NCBI GenBank assembly: GCA_020696385.1
Contig: JAEHCQ010000005.1
Location: 122,658 to 186,657, forward strand
DNA from: Methanobacteriota archaeon
GTDB taxonomy: Archaea > Thermoplasmatota > Thermoplasmata > SG8-5 > JAGLSY01
Length of the DNA stretch: 64,000 nt
Reading direction: 5' to 3'
Translations under genes and position numbers: made by a program
Shown here: piece after piece, positions 18,963-28,834 of the stretch
Layout of the letters: each line of letters begins with the position of its first letter
How positions within the stretch are numbered: position 1 is the first letter of the stretch
Notes under the pieces: generated by a model
Seen by the model: the letters and a program-made list of their open reading frames with translations, nothing else
Databases searched by the model: none
What the model was told of the DNA's origin: nothing

Positions 18963-19997
18963 TCAAATGGCCAAGAACGACAGGTCACTTATGGCCATAA
19001 AAATTCCGATCAAGATCACCATGGTGTAGAACAGGAAGGCGAATAAACCCGCCTGGCTATGCAGATCCGACAGTTTTCTTTTCAGAAATCCTAATATGAA
19101 CACGATGCCGAACATTATCATCATTACCAGGGACAGAAGTCCGTGGAGGGAATAGAAGATATCTCCACGATTTAGCCATGTGGCGTATGTCCAGTAAGCG
19201 AATGTGATGATCAATACGATCGCGAAGATAATGGATAACGCTTTGTGAAATTGCCAATTTATGAAGTCCGGAAGTTCATGCCATGTCTCGCTATTGCCTT
19301 CGATCTTATAGCCAGATATCACCATCAATCCACATAGTATGTATCCGAAAGAAAGCAAATACGCGTGGACGGTCCATTCACCCAGAGGAGTGATACGAGC
19401 ATCATCACTCCACCCGCGGCTCTCCCAATAACCTTCATAGTCATAGCCAACTACCTCAATTTCGGTTATCCATTTCACCCATTTGTAACCATAATGACCA
19501 GGCACGACGATCTTGAGAGGGAACCCCTGATCATGGGGTAATGGCTCCCCATTCATTTCGTAGCAGAGAAGCACATTCTCCGCCCTGGCTTCTGTCATAT
19601 TCAGGGAGGATGAATAACCATCCGCGGCCCAAAATATCACATCCTGGGCATTTCTATTTGCTCCGGCCATATCAAGGATATAGCTTAATGGGACGCCTTT
19701 CCAGACCGCGCGATCAGATGGGCCAGACACACACTTCAATGTGGCATCCAGTGAAACACTGGGCAGTGACGTTATATTATCATATTCAAGCTCAAGAGGA
19801 TCGCTCACCAGACCATCTATCTTGAGCCTGTAATTATCCATATTGAAGACGGGAGTACTTCCTATCTGCATGATGAAAAATTCATCATTGGATGTTATCT
19901 TATTATTCTCCACTGTGACAGAATATACTGAGACTAGAGGGATGGATAATATCAAGAGCACCCCGATCAGAAATATGATCGACCTGTTCAACTGCAT
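18963..19997 (-). CDS. Sulfite-oxidase-family molybdopterin oxidoreductase with fused C-terminal membrane domain
   Basis: LKCVSG, WKGVPL, MNGEPLPHDQGFPL, GYKWVKW, GYWESRGW; four C-terminal TM helices, each with a His. Confidence 0.85.
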   Translation of the reverse strand: MQLNRSIIFLIGVLLILSIPLVSVYSVTVENNKITSNDEFFIMQIGSTPVFNMDNYRLKIDGLVSDPLELEYDNITSLPSVSLDATLKCVSGPSDRAVWKGVPLSYILDMAGANRNAQDVIFWAADGYSSSLNMTEARAENVLLCYEMNGEPLPHDQGFPLKIVVPGHYGYKWVKWITEIEVVGYDYEGYWESRGWSDDARITPLGEWTVHAYLLSFGYILCGLMVISGYKIEGNSETWHELPDFINWQFHKALSIIFAIVLIITFAYWTYATWLNRGDIFYSLHGLLSLVMMIMFGIVFILGFLKRKLSDLHSQAGLFAFLFYTMVILIGIFMAISDLSFLAI

Positions 19998-20099
19998 TAT
20001 TCATCTATACGAGTATACGATATTAAGTAATTATAACCTGAATTATACCATGATTTGATAAGATTAGTATTAAATCCTTGTTCACTTACCCCTACAGAT

Positions 20100-22064
20100 A
20101 TGGAATTTCACGGGCTAACCCTGGATAAGTTCCAGATGGAGGCATGCGATCACATCTCAAAAGGAGAGTCCGTGGTCGTTTCCGCATCTACTGGAACTGG
20201 CAAAACCCTCATTGCAGAGTATGCCATCGAGTTTTACACGAACTGGGGTCAGCGTTCGATCTATACTTCCCCGATCAAGGCATTGTCCAATCAGAAGTAC
20301 AAGGATTTCGTGGAGCAGTTCGGCTCAGATAAAGTAGGAATACTGACCGGAGATGTTTCCATAAACCCCTTCGCCCAGATATTGGTCATGACCACCGAAG
20401 TTTATCGTAACATGGCCATAACCGACCCAGATAGTATTCTTGATGTCGGCATTCTCATCATGGATGAAGTGCATTTCATGAACGACCCTGAGCGTGGGAC
20501 CGTGTGGGAGGAATCCATCATATTTTCGCCGGATAATGTTCGCTTCCTGGCCCTCTCGGCCACCATTCCGAATGCGCATGAGTTCGCGGACTGGATAGCG
20601 AAGATCCACAAGCACAGGGTGCAGGTGATCCAGCATTTGAAAAGGGCTGTCCCCCTCCACCATAATTTCTACTTCGGAAGCGGGCAGATGGTGCAGAGAG
20701 AGAAGCTGAAGGAACAGGCCAATTTCATGGAGGATAAGAAATACCAGTCAAAAGCCCAATCAAAAAGACATCGTGGGAGAGGCGGAAAAAATAGTGGAGG
20801 CAAACCGAAAAGACCAAAGGGAAGCCAACCGCCTGGACATCTGGAACTTGTTAAGTTCATGAGAAAGAATGAGAATCTGCCTTGTTTATTCTTCAGCTTT
20901 TCACGAAAGAAGTGTGAGACCCAGGCGATCGAGACAGCATTCAACATGAACTTCTATGAAGAAACCCCTGAAGAGATATTCGATATAATCGACAAACATC
21001 TTTCAGATCCAGAGATCGAGGACATGGACTCGATCAAGAGCCTGAAACAGTCCCTGATGAAAGGAGTTGCCTTTCATCACGCTGGCATGCTACCCGCGGG
21101 AAAGCAGGCTGTTGAGGAAGCTTTCAGCCTCAATCTCGTGAAGGTCCTGTATGCGACAGAAACCTTCGCGGTCGGTATAAATTATCCAGCCAGAACAGTC
21201 GCCTTCGATGGATTGCGAAAGTATGATGGCACGCATTTCAGATATGTGGATTCCAAAGAATACTTCCAGATGGCTGGCAGGGCTGGCCGAAGGGGTATGG
21301 ATGAAAGTGGGACAGTGATCACCATCGTGGACAAGTGGAGCGATGATATGAATGATATCGCCAGGCTGACCAAGGAGGATAAGATTCCGATATTCTCCCA
21401 ATTCAAATTATCTTATAATACTGTGCTTAATCTGATTGACAAGCATTCGAAGAATGAGATCAAGCAGATATTGGAGCGCAGTTTCGAATCATACAGGAAG
21501 CAAAGGGCCGGGATCAGGGTCAATGTCTGGACATCCTGGTACAATCGTGTCAGAACACTTGAGAAACTCGGATTCGTCGATGGCATAAACCTGACACAAA
21601 AAGGTCGATTCGGAACCCGTATTTACACTGAAGAACTGGTAACCACCGAGGTATTCCATGACGAGAAATGGAAAAGATGGGATGACATTGATATCGCCTG
21701 CATGGCGGCTGCCATAACCTATGAGATCAGACATCGCAGAGGTGGCAGAAGACCCGAAAAAGGAAATCGGTTCTACCGCCTGACGAGCAGTATCTCGGAT
21801 AATAACTACCTGATGCGCAACCTGAGCCTCAATGGACTGGCAATGCGAATTCCCATCATCGAATATTGGGCGCATGGCTGGACCTTCCAGGAATTGGTGG
21901 AAGAATTCGAAATGGCCGAGGGCGATCTTATTCGGATATTCAGGCAGACCATCGATGTGCTGGAGCAGGTGAAAAGAGCAACAGATCATCATGAACTGAA
22001 GGATAAGATATCCGAGGCGGTGACCATGCTGGATAAAGAAGTTGTCAGTGTTACTTTTGAGTGA
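20100..22064 (+). CDS. Ski2/HelY-like DEVH-box RNA helicase with DSHCT domain
   Basis: STGTGKT, PIKALSNQKY, DEVH, LSAT, QMAGRAGRRG, C-terminal EGDLIR. Confidence 0.92.
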   Translation: MEFHGLTLDKFQMEACDHISKGESVVVSASTGTGKTLIAEYAIEFYTNWGQRSIYTSPIKALSNQKYKDFVEQFGSDKVGILTGDVSINPFAQILVMTTEVYRNMAITDPDSILDVGILIMDEVHFMNDPERGTVWEESIIFSPDNVRFLALSATIPNAHEFADWIAKIHKHRVQVIQHLKRAVPLHHNFYFGSGQMVQREKLKEQANFMEDKKYQSKAQSKRHRGRGGKNSGGKPKRPKGSQPPGHLELVKFMRKNENLPCLFFSFSRKKCETQAIETAFNMNFYEETPEEIFDIIDKHLSDPEIEDMDSIKSLKQSLMKGVAFHHAGMLPAGKQAVEEAFSLNLVKVLYATETFAVGINYPARTVAFDGLRKYDGTHFRYVDSKEYFQMAGRAGRRGMDESGTVITIVDKWSDDMNDIARLTKEDKIPIFSQFKLSYNTVLNLIDKHSKNEIKQILERSFESYRKQRAGIRVNVWTSWYNRVRTLEKLGFVDGINLTQKGRFGTRIYTEELVTTEVFHDEKWKRWDDIDIACMAAAITYEIRHRRGGRRPEKGNRFYRLTSSISDNNYLMRNLSLNGLAMRIPIIEYWAHGWTFQELVEEFEMAEGDLIRIFRQTIDVLEQVKRATDHHELKDKISEAVTMLDKEVVSVTFE

Positions 22065-22262
22065 TCTTATCTCGATCTGGCAGGAGCCTATTGATATCAT
22101 ATTATCCCAAAGCAGATATTACTTTCGCCCACCCTCAATTTTGATTTAAATAGCTTGCATCATTTCTGAAATTGTGTTGATGCAAGGTCAATACTATGGG
22201 AGAATAAATAAGTAATAAACCTTAAATAAGTGATAATACATAACCAATAATGGTGATAAGAT

Positions 22263-22490
22263 ATGGTCAATATGACGCTGGCGATTCCCGAAGATCTCCA
22301 TGAGGTTATGAAACGTCACACAGAAATAAAATGGAGCGAAGTTGCCAGAAAGGCAATGTGGGAATATGCAAAAAAACTGGAAATGCTCGATAATATGGTC
22401 GCGGAAAGTAAGATGAAAGAAGAGGATATCGACGAGATAGATCATATTGTGAAAGCAGCCATTTTGAAACACTATCGGAAAAAGAAATAG
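22263..22490 (+). CDS. Ribbon-helix-helix antitoxin (VapB-like)
   Basis: MVNMTLAIPEDL...EIKWSEVARKA; immediately upstream of a PIN gene. Confidence 0.75.
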   Translation: MVNMTLAIPEDLHEVMKRHTEIKWSEVARKAMWEYAKKLEMLDNMVAESKMKEEDIDEIDHIVKAAILKHYRKKK

Positions 22491-22919
22491 ATGAAGCTGG
22501 TAATTGACACAAATATAATCATTTCCGCAATTTTGAGGGATTCGCTGACAAGGAAGATCCTCCTGTCACCTTATTTCGATCTTTATACTCCAGATCATGC
22601 TATGTCAGAGCTCAAGAAGCACTCAGACTTTCTTGCTAAAAAAACAGATCTGGATAAAGAAACGATAGAGCAAATAATAGCATTGATCATGGATTCGATC
22701 ATCATTATTCCATCTAGCACATTCGAGAAATACCTCCCGATTGCCATGGATGAGATGAAAGATATAGATGAAAATGATTCTCCATTCATTGCCCTGTCAC
22801 TTTCCTTTTTAAATGATGGAATATGGAGCAATGACAGGCACCTCCAAAAGCAGAAGCTTGTTCGAGCATGGACAACCAGTGAAATGCTGATGGAATTACA
22901 GAATCCCCGAAAACCATAA
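22491..22919 (+). CDS. PIN-domain toxin (VapC-like)
   Basis: MKLVIDTNIIISA, E, DENDSPFIAL, IWSND. Confidence 0.88.
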   Translation: MKLVIDTNIIISAILRDSLTRKILLSPYFDLYTPDHAMSELKKHSDFLAKKTDLDKETIEQIIALIMDSIIIIPSSTFEKYLPIAMDEMKDIDENDSPFIALSLSFLNDGIWSNDRHLQKQKLVRAWTTSEMLMELQNPRKP

Positions 22920-22957
22920 TAGCAGGTTTGTGTTTATTGTTATTGAGAGGTTCACAC

Positions 22958-23470
22958 ATGGCCAGCACTTACAAATACACAATATTTCCAAGCAGAGTGG
23001 GAGACATCTTCATAGCCAGCACACCCAAGGGTATTTTCAAACTTCATTTCCCGGCCAGTGATATCAAACGGGAGAGTGTTGAAGCCTATTATGATTGCAA
23101 ATTGGAAAAGGATGACAAGGCTTTCACTGACATCAAAAAGCAAATGCTCGCATACCTGGCAGGCGACCTCAAGGAATTCGATGTCAAGATCGATTTTATC
23201 CGTGGAACCGAATTCCAGAAGCAGGTATGGAACAAGCTGCTGGAGATACCCTATGGTGAGGTGCATTCCTATCAATGGATGGCTGAAGAAGTACACAGAC
23301 CAACTGCGTTCAGAGCAGTTGGTGGCGCGAATCACAATAATCCCATCCCGATAATCGTACCATGCCACAGAGTGATCGGTAAGAACGGCAAAATGGTCGG
23401 CTATGGTGGCCCGAGCATCAAAGGCCAGGAATTGAAAAGAAGTCTTCTGGAGATGGAAGGCGCATTGTAG
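22958..23470 (+). CDS. ogt: Methylated-DNA--protein-cysteine methyltransferase
   Basis: GTEFQKQVW, IPYGE, RAVGGA, active-site PCHRV. Confidence 0.95.
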   Translation: MASTYKYTIFPSRVGDIFIASTPKGIFKLHFPASDIKRESVEAYYDCKLEKDDKAFTDIKKQMLAYLAGDLKEFDVKIDFIRGTEFQKQVWNKLLEIPYGEVHSYQWMAEEVHRPTAFRAVGGANHNNPIPIIVPCHRVIGKNGKMVGYGGPSIKGQELKRSLLEMEGAL

Positions 23471-23573
23471 TTTCCTACTCCACTTGGCTTACAAAATTAT
23501 CCATTTTACTCAATTTGCTCAATATATATTTATTAAGCAATGTTTAAGTATTCATAGAATATTCTGAGTAAAC

Positions 23574-24551
23574 ATGTCAGTCTCTATTATAGGCACACGT
23601 GGGTGCGGAAAATCTACATTCATCGGACTTCTCCATCAGGGTATGGAAATGTATACAAACAAGAATCCAGATAATTTCGTTTATTATGTAACTGCTGAAG
23701 TGGGTGATAAGATCCTGGACATAAGGAACAACCTGCTCCAGGGAGAATATCCCGCTGCCACCACTCGGCATCAGCTGGAACAATTGAGATTCCTCATGGG
23801 TTTCAAACCAGTGGGTGTGGAGAAGGTAGTCAATCTCGTTAAGAACTTCTCATCCTTCGGCCAGTACGGAGATTACCTGGGTATGATCCTCAGTGTTTAT
23901 GATATCGCGGGAGAGGATATCCAGGAATTCAAGATCAATAAGCAGGTGACGCAGATCCTGAAGCAGGTCTTCGAGTCCAATATCCTTGTTATCATTGTGG
24001 ATTGTGCTAAGTTCACCAATGCCACCAGTGGCAGAAAATACGTGGACATGCTCGAATATGACAAGGAACTGGCTGTCATCATAGCTGCCTATGTCGAATA
24101 CAGAAGCAAGGGCAAGTTCAAGGAGAAAGTGAACCCCATCTTCGTATTCGCAAAGATGGACGCACTGGACACAGAAATTGCCAGTAATTACTTCGACAAG
24201 CTGGAAAGAAAATACGATGATAAATACAATTACGATACAGGCAATGAGCTTATGGAATCCTACCTCAGTGCTTCAAGAGCCGCAGTATATGGGGCGCAGA
24301 AAGTTGGCGTGCCATTGGAGACCGCGAAGTTCTTCTACAGCTGGGTTCAGGAAGACAAGATCGACGGAGTTGCCCAGGCTGGTGCACAGCATAAATTGAT
24401 GATCACAAAGCCGGATGGCGGACATACAAGAAATGTATTCCCGGATCACATGTACGAGGAGTTCCTGAATTACATCAGAACACTGTCATACATGTACTCG
24501 GATCCAAAGGAACATGTCGAGGATATCTTCGGTAAGGTCGGCGGCAAATAA
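23574..24551 (+). CDS. TRAFAC-class P-loop GTPase domain protein
   Basis: G1 GTRGCGKST, G2-like YPAATT, G3 DIAGE, G4 FAKMD. Confidence 0.75.
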   Translation: MSVSIIGTRGCGKSTFIGLLHQGMEMYTNKNPDNFVYYVTAEVGDKILDIRNNLLQGEYPAATTRHQLEQLRFLMGFKPVGVEKVVNLVKNFSSFGQYGDYLGMILSVYDIAGEDIQEFKINKQVTQILKQVFESNILVIIVDCAKFTNATSGRKYVDMLEYDKELAVIIAAYVEYRSKGKFKEKVNPIFVFAKMDALDTEIASNYFDKLERKYDDKYNYDTGNELMESYLSASRAAVYGAQKVGVPLETAKFFYSWVQEDKIDGVAQAGAQHKLMITKPDGGHTRNVFPDHMYEEFLNYIRTLSYMYSDPKEHVEDIFGKVGGK

Positions 24552-24583
24552 GAACATGCCAGTTCACGATCCCTATCTCAAAG

Positions 24584-26860
24584 GTGGTAGCGCGTATGCA
24601 GGATGAACTTCATATAGGTGAATTCGACAATAATCCCTTCACAATAGAGGGCGGTAAATTCCTTACTGGCCGAACCGCGGTCATGGGGATGAGCGGCTCT
24701 GGCAAGAGTTATCTCATCGGAGTTCTGTGCGAGGAGCTTTGCAAGGCGGACCTTCCCTTCATCATTATCGATCCAGAGGGAGAATACAAGAGCCTGAAAG
24801 AGAAGTTCGATATTGTCTGGGCCTGTAATGACCCGGAAGCTGATGTGCTTCTCAATTTCCAAATATGCGAGAAGCTGGCAGAGGTCGCCGTCAATAAGAA
24901 CCTCCAGCTTATTTTTGACACATCCGAGTCGAGTAATGAGTTCGACCTTGTGGAAGAATTCCTCAAACATTTTTACATTATCGAGGACAAGGTAAGAAAA
25001 CCCATGCTTCTAATAATGGAAGAAGCAGACAGGTTCGCTCCCCAGAGCAAGGGCGATAGGATCGACGAGCTGATGGAAATAAGCAGGCGCGGTAGAAAGC
25101 GAGGCATCGGCCTTGTGATCGCCACCCAGAGACCTGCGATGGTGGACAAGAATATCTTATCCCAGTGCGGAAACCAGTTCATCGGCAGGCTGAGAACGGA
25201 GAATGACCTGAATGCGGTCAGCCTCTTCTTCAGGTCAAAGTCCACACTCAATACAATTCCAGATCTGGAAGACGGCCATTTCTACTCAATGGGCGATATT
25301 TCTTCCACCATCCAGAACGTGCATATCAGAACAAGGGAGACCACACACGGTGGCGGAACTCCCGGAAGAGCCAGCAGTAAAAAGAATGAACTGAAAGACC
25401 TGAAAATATTCCAGGACAAGCCGATGGTGATGCCATCGACACCATCACCGCCAATAGCTGGATCTCCTAATCTCGTGATCGAGGATGTTTTCCTCATCTA
25501 CAATGATGGAAGATTGATCAATCATCAAACTCGTAGGCTCAAGCCGGATGTGGACAATGAGATACTGAGCAGTATGTTCACGGCAGTCCAGAGCTTTATC
25601 AAGGATTCTTTTGGAAGTGGTGGCAGGACGAAGGTTCTCGAGCGTCTGGACTTTGGAGACAATTCGGTATTCATCGAGCATGGTGAGAATTGTTATCTCG
25701 CCATGGCCGCGATGGACATTGGGGAGGAGGTACTGCAGGAGCAGCTCAAATGCGCCAGCAGGGACATATCCAGAGAATATTCCGCCCCCTTGCGAAAGTG
25801 GAACGGGGACTTCGATGAATTCGCTGGTGTGGAATCTTATATCCAGAAGCTTCTGGCAGGAGAATACAAAAAAGGATGTATGCTCATCAATCCTTCGAAG
25901 GCTGCATCAACCGGATCAGAGATCTCGGCTTCAGACATGAAATCCAAAACCGAGCCAGTGGTGGAGAAAGCAGATGAAATATCTGATACAATTCAAGATC
26001 CGGGAAGCAAGCCAGCTCCCTCGATCATTAATAATATTAGCAGTAGTAATAACAATAAAGGAAGAGATAAAATGGAAATAGATCATTTTGTGTGGTATCC
26101 TATCCACGGAAAGGGGTACCAGGATAAGCCAGTAGCGATATCGGGGGATTTCAATCCAGGATTGTTCACCAATGTGTTCAAGAAGGAGTTCGCTCCGCTT
26201 ATGATGAGTTACAGTCAGAAGGATTATCGTGGCTTCATGCTCTTTGACAAGCCCAATATACGCCATGTTCTCTTCTCCTTCATCTACCACAAGGTCATCG
26301 ACGAATACGGTAGAAAAGGGGTGATCCATCATTCTGCCATCATTGACAGAAAGGATCTGCAGAGCGGTAAAGTTTCCTTATTCGACATCGAAGAGGCTAT
26401 GAACAAGTTCGACGAGGCAAACCCCGCGCCAAAGGGAGACATACCGCCTTTGGAAGTTCCAGCCTATGAGCCTGGGCAATACAGATACCAGGACAAGATA
26501 TTCAAGTACATTTCAAAGGCTGCTGTCGAAATACTGGCAACCAGGATGATGACCGCCAGCCGTAACCGAACATCATTCAGATGCCAGGGCGCGGGCACGA
26601 AGGCCAGGAAGAATATCGCATTATATCTGGTCGAACTGCTGGGCTTCAGGGGTGGAATACCGATCTCATTCACGACAGAGAGACCGATATCGGCTGAATA
26701 TTACGGCTTCTTCAATCTCGCGGTTACCGAGCGCGCGATAGCACCAGATGCGAATGCCGAGGACTGGGCAGTGATCAACTGGGATGAATTGAATGTCGGC
26801 ATGCCCAGGGTGGGCGGCAAAGAGGAAGTTTACAAATTAATTGATGATGCCTTCTCCTGA
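24584..26860 (+). CDS. HerA/FtsK-like (DUF87) ATPase fused to a roadblock/longin-like domain and an unknown C-terminal domain
   Basis: GMSGSGKS, IIDPEGEY, EEADRFAP, RGRKRGIGLVIATQRPA; then IEDVFLIYNDGRLI...MFTAVQSFIKDSF; then a ~260-aa domain from M at 26071. Start may be ATG 24596. Confidence 0.75.
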   Translation: MVARMQDELHIGEFDNNPFTIEGGKFLTGRTAVMGMSGSGKSYLIGVLCEELCKADLPFIIIDPEGEYKSLKEKFDIVWACNDPEADVLLNFQICEKLAEVAVNKNLQLIFDTSESSNEFDLVEEFLKHFYIIEDKVRKPMLLIMEEADRFAPQSKGDRIDELMEISRRGRKRGIGLVIATQRPAMVDKNILSQCGNQFIGRLRTENDLNAVSLFFRSKSTLNTIPDLEDGHFYSMGDISSTIQNVHIRTRETTHGGGTPGRASSKKNELKDLKIFQDKPMVMPSTPSPPIAGSPNLVIEDVFLIYNDGRLINHQTRRLKPDVDNEILSSMFTAVQSFIKDSFGSGGRTKVLERLDFGDNSVFIEHGENCYLAMAAMDIGEEVLQEQLKCASRDISREYSAPLRKWNGDFDEFAGVESYIQKLLAGEYKKGCMLINPSKAASTGSEISASDMKSKTEPVVEKADEISDTIQDPGSKPAPSIINNISSSNNNKGRDKMEIDHFVWYPIHGKGYQDKPVAISGDFNPGLFTNVFKKEFAPLMMSYSQKDYRGFMLFDKPNIRHVLFSFIYHKVIDEYGRKGVIHHSAIIDRKDLQSGKVSLFDIEEAMNKFDEANPAPKGDIPPLEVPAYEPGQYRYQDKIFKYISKAAVEILATRMMTASRNRTSFRCQGAGTKARKNIALYLVELLGFRGGIPISFTTERPISAEYYGFFNLAVTERAIAPDANAEDWAVINWDELNVGMPRVGGKEEVYKLIDDAFS

Positions 26861-26863
26861 GGT

Positions 26864-27199
26864 GTGATGATTATAGAAGAAGTTGCTGATCAACCTGAAA
26901 CTGAGAATGAGCCAATTAAGGACGATGCGACATTATCTTTGATATTTGGAATAGTGTCATTGATACTGAATCCCGTGTTCATCATGTTCCCCCTGTCCTT
27001 CATTGTGGGAACTCATTTGCTCGGGATATTCATCAGCACGCCATTCGCATTATTGGCGATCTTATTATCATATCATTATTGGAGAAAAGATAAGGAGGAT
27101 TTTAAGTCGATAATCGGGATCACATTTTCATTGACCACACTGATGTTCATCATCATATTGTTCTCCGTTCTCCTATACTCTGGATTCGAGGTATTTTGA
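26864..27199 (+). CDS. Small membrane protein (3 TM)
   Basis: Three hydrophobic segments; GAGGTG RBS overlapping the previous stop. Confidence 0.65.
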   Translation: MMIIEEVADQPETENEPIKDDATLSLIFGIVSLILNPVFIMFPLSFIVGTHLLGIFISTPFALLAILLSYHYWRKDKEDFKSIIGITFSLTTLMFIIILFSVLLYSGFEVF

Positions 27200-27225
27200 T
27201 CGATAAACATATGTCTAGCTGAGCA

Positions 27226-28722
27226 TCATTTCACAACTTGGAACTTGTAAACAGGATCCCCATCCAGTTCTTCCGCATTCTGTACTATCTCCGGAAGGTC
27301 ATACAGTTTCCTGTTCTCATTGTAGATTTTGAGAAGCGGCTCCCAGTATCTGATCGAATCCTGATACATGATCACATCATCATGCTTGAGTATCTGGCAT
27401 ATTGAGAAAAGACCACCGGGATATGTCCTGATGACATCGATGATCCTCTGATTCTCATTGTACCATCTGTAGAATTTATTGCCTTTATTCCACTTCATGA
27501 TGAATTTTGTAAGATTGTTCCGGACATCTTCATCATTGGCGATCCAGACCATGACCTTGACTATGTCATTGTCCGCCAAGAGGTCGATCTTCTTCACCAG
27601 CGGCCCGTAATCCTTATTGTCCCAGTCATTGAAGATATCCTTCCACCCTTCAATGTTATCCGGGGCCTGGATACCATGCTCGGCGATAAAAGCAGCTTCC
27701 TCCGCTTGCTTCTTCGCCTCCTCGTCCATCTTCTTCTTTTCCTCAAGCTCCAGGATACGGAGTTTCTCTTCCTCGACCTTTCTCTTCTCCTCTTCGATCT
27801 TCATCTGAGCCTCTTCTTCCTTCCTGGCCAACTCCTTCTGCTCCATCTCAAGCCTCACTTGCTCCTTCCTCTCGGCGATCTTCAGGGCTTCCATCTCCAT
27901 GGCCTGCCGTTTTTCCGCGGCAGCCTTGGCCTGGATCTCGATCTTGCGCCTTTCCTCTTCCTTGATCCTGAGGTGATGCTCCATCTTCAGGCGCTCTTCT
28001 TCTTTCGCCTTCAGAAGGCGACCGGCTTTGGCAGCGTCAGCCCGGCTTTTTTCGTATTCGATCTTCGCCCTGGCTTCCTCGCCCTTCTGGAGCTTCATCT
28101 TCATCTTAGCAGTGTGTGCTTCCTGCTTTTTCAGCTTGGCCGCGCTTTCATTCCTGAGCCTTTCCTCGACCAGAACCTGCGCCTGAAGCTGGGCTTTCAA
28201 TCTTTCCTCTTCCATGAGCTTGGCCTTCAGCTCATGTTGGGCGCGTAGGTCTTCCTGCTTTTCCATGTCCAGCTCTTTTTTCAGGCGGATCTCCTCGGCC
28301 ATCTTGAGCTCATGTTCTTTTCTCAATGCCTCGGCCTCTTCCTTCTCCTTGGCCCAGCGTGCGTCCCGCCTCTCTATCTTTTTCTTCAGATTGGTGATGT
28401 CGCGCTTGGCATCGCTCAGTTTGTCTGGGTCTTGTAATTTGTAATCAATTGCATAAAAATCAGATTCCAGGGTGCGGATATCCAGTGCCCGGAGCTTCGT
28501 GCGCTGGGTGTTTATCTCCAAAAGGGCTTTCTCAAAACTTGCAAAGGCCTCCTCCACATCGGAAATTTTGCCATCATCTATGATCTTCGACAGACAGTTA
28601 ACTACAAAACCCTGCTTTTTCCAGAATTCCAGCTTCACCCTGAAGCCATCCCTGGCCTCCATGTCCTCACGCTCTGTTGTTCTATTCTCCGCAACCCGAT
28701 CGATTATTGATTTGGCACACAT
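27226..28722 (-). CDS. Long coiled-coil protein with globular termini
   Basis: About 230 aa E/K/R/A-rich helix; N-terminal LEFWKKQGF motif; GGTGA RBS before ATG 28722. Confidence 0.75.
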   Translation of the reverse strand: MCAKSIIDRVAENRTTEREDMEARDGFRVKLEFWKKQGFVVNCLSKIIDDGKISDVEEAFASFEKALLEINTQRTKLRALDIRTLESDFYAIDYKLQDPDKLSDAKRDITNLKKKIERRDARWAKEKEEAEALRKEHELKMAEEIRLKKELDMEKQEDLRAQHELKAKLMEEERLKAQLQAQVLVEERLRNESAAKLKKQEAHTAKMKMKLQKGEEARAKIEYEKSRADAAKAGRLLKAKEEERLKMEHHLRIKEEERRKIEIQAKAAAEKRQAMEMEALKIAERKEQVRLEMEQKELARKEEEAQMKIEEEKRKVEEEKLRILELEEKKKMDEEAKKQAEEAAFIAEHGIQAPDNIEGWKDIFNDWDNKDYGPLVKKIDLLADNDIVKVMVWIANDEDVRNNLTKFIMKWNKGNKFYRWYNENQRIIDVIRTYPGGLFSICQILKHDDVIMYQDSIRYWEPLLKIYNENRKLYDLPEIVQNAEELDGDPVYKFQVVK

Positions 28723-28834
28723 TTCAATCACCAGTCCCCACTTTCTTGAAAACTAGAATGAAATGTTGATGTATTAAGTTTTGCTCTTACTCTTGCTCTT
28801 GCAAAGGTTATTACGTGCATAAGGACATCCTGCT

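Noticed and set aside
22488-22493. Antitoxin TAG directly followed in frame by the toxin ATG (possible pyrrolysine/readthrough fusion)
   Set aside because: Abutting TA genes are common, the toxin has a normal MKLVIDTN start, and no pyl genes or other in-frame TAGs are evident in the window.
24584-25300. HerA of the HerA-NurA repair system or a conjugative VirB4/VirD4
   Set aside because: No HAS barrel evident, no nurA/mre11/rad50 or T4SS genes adjacent.
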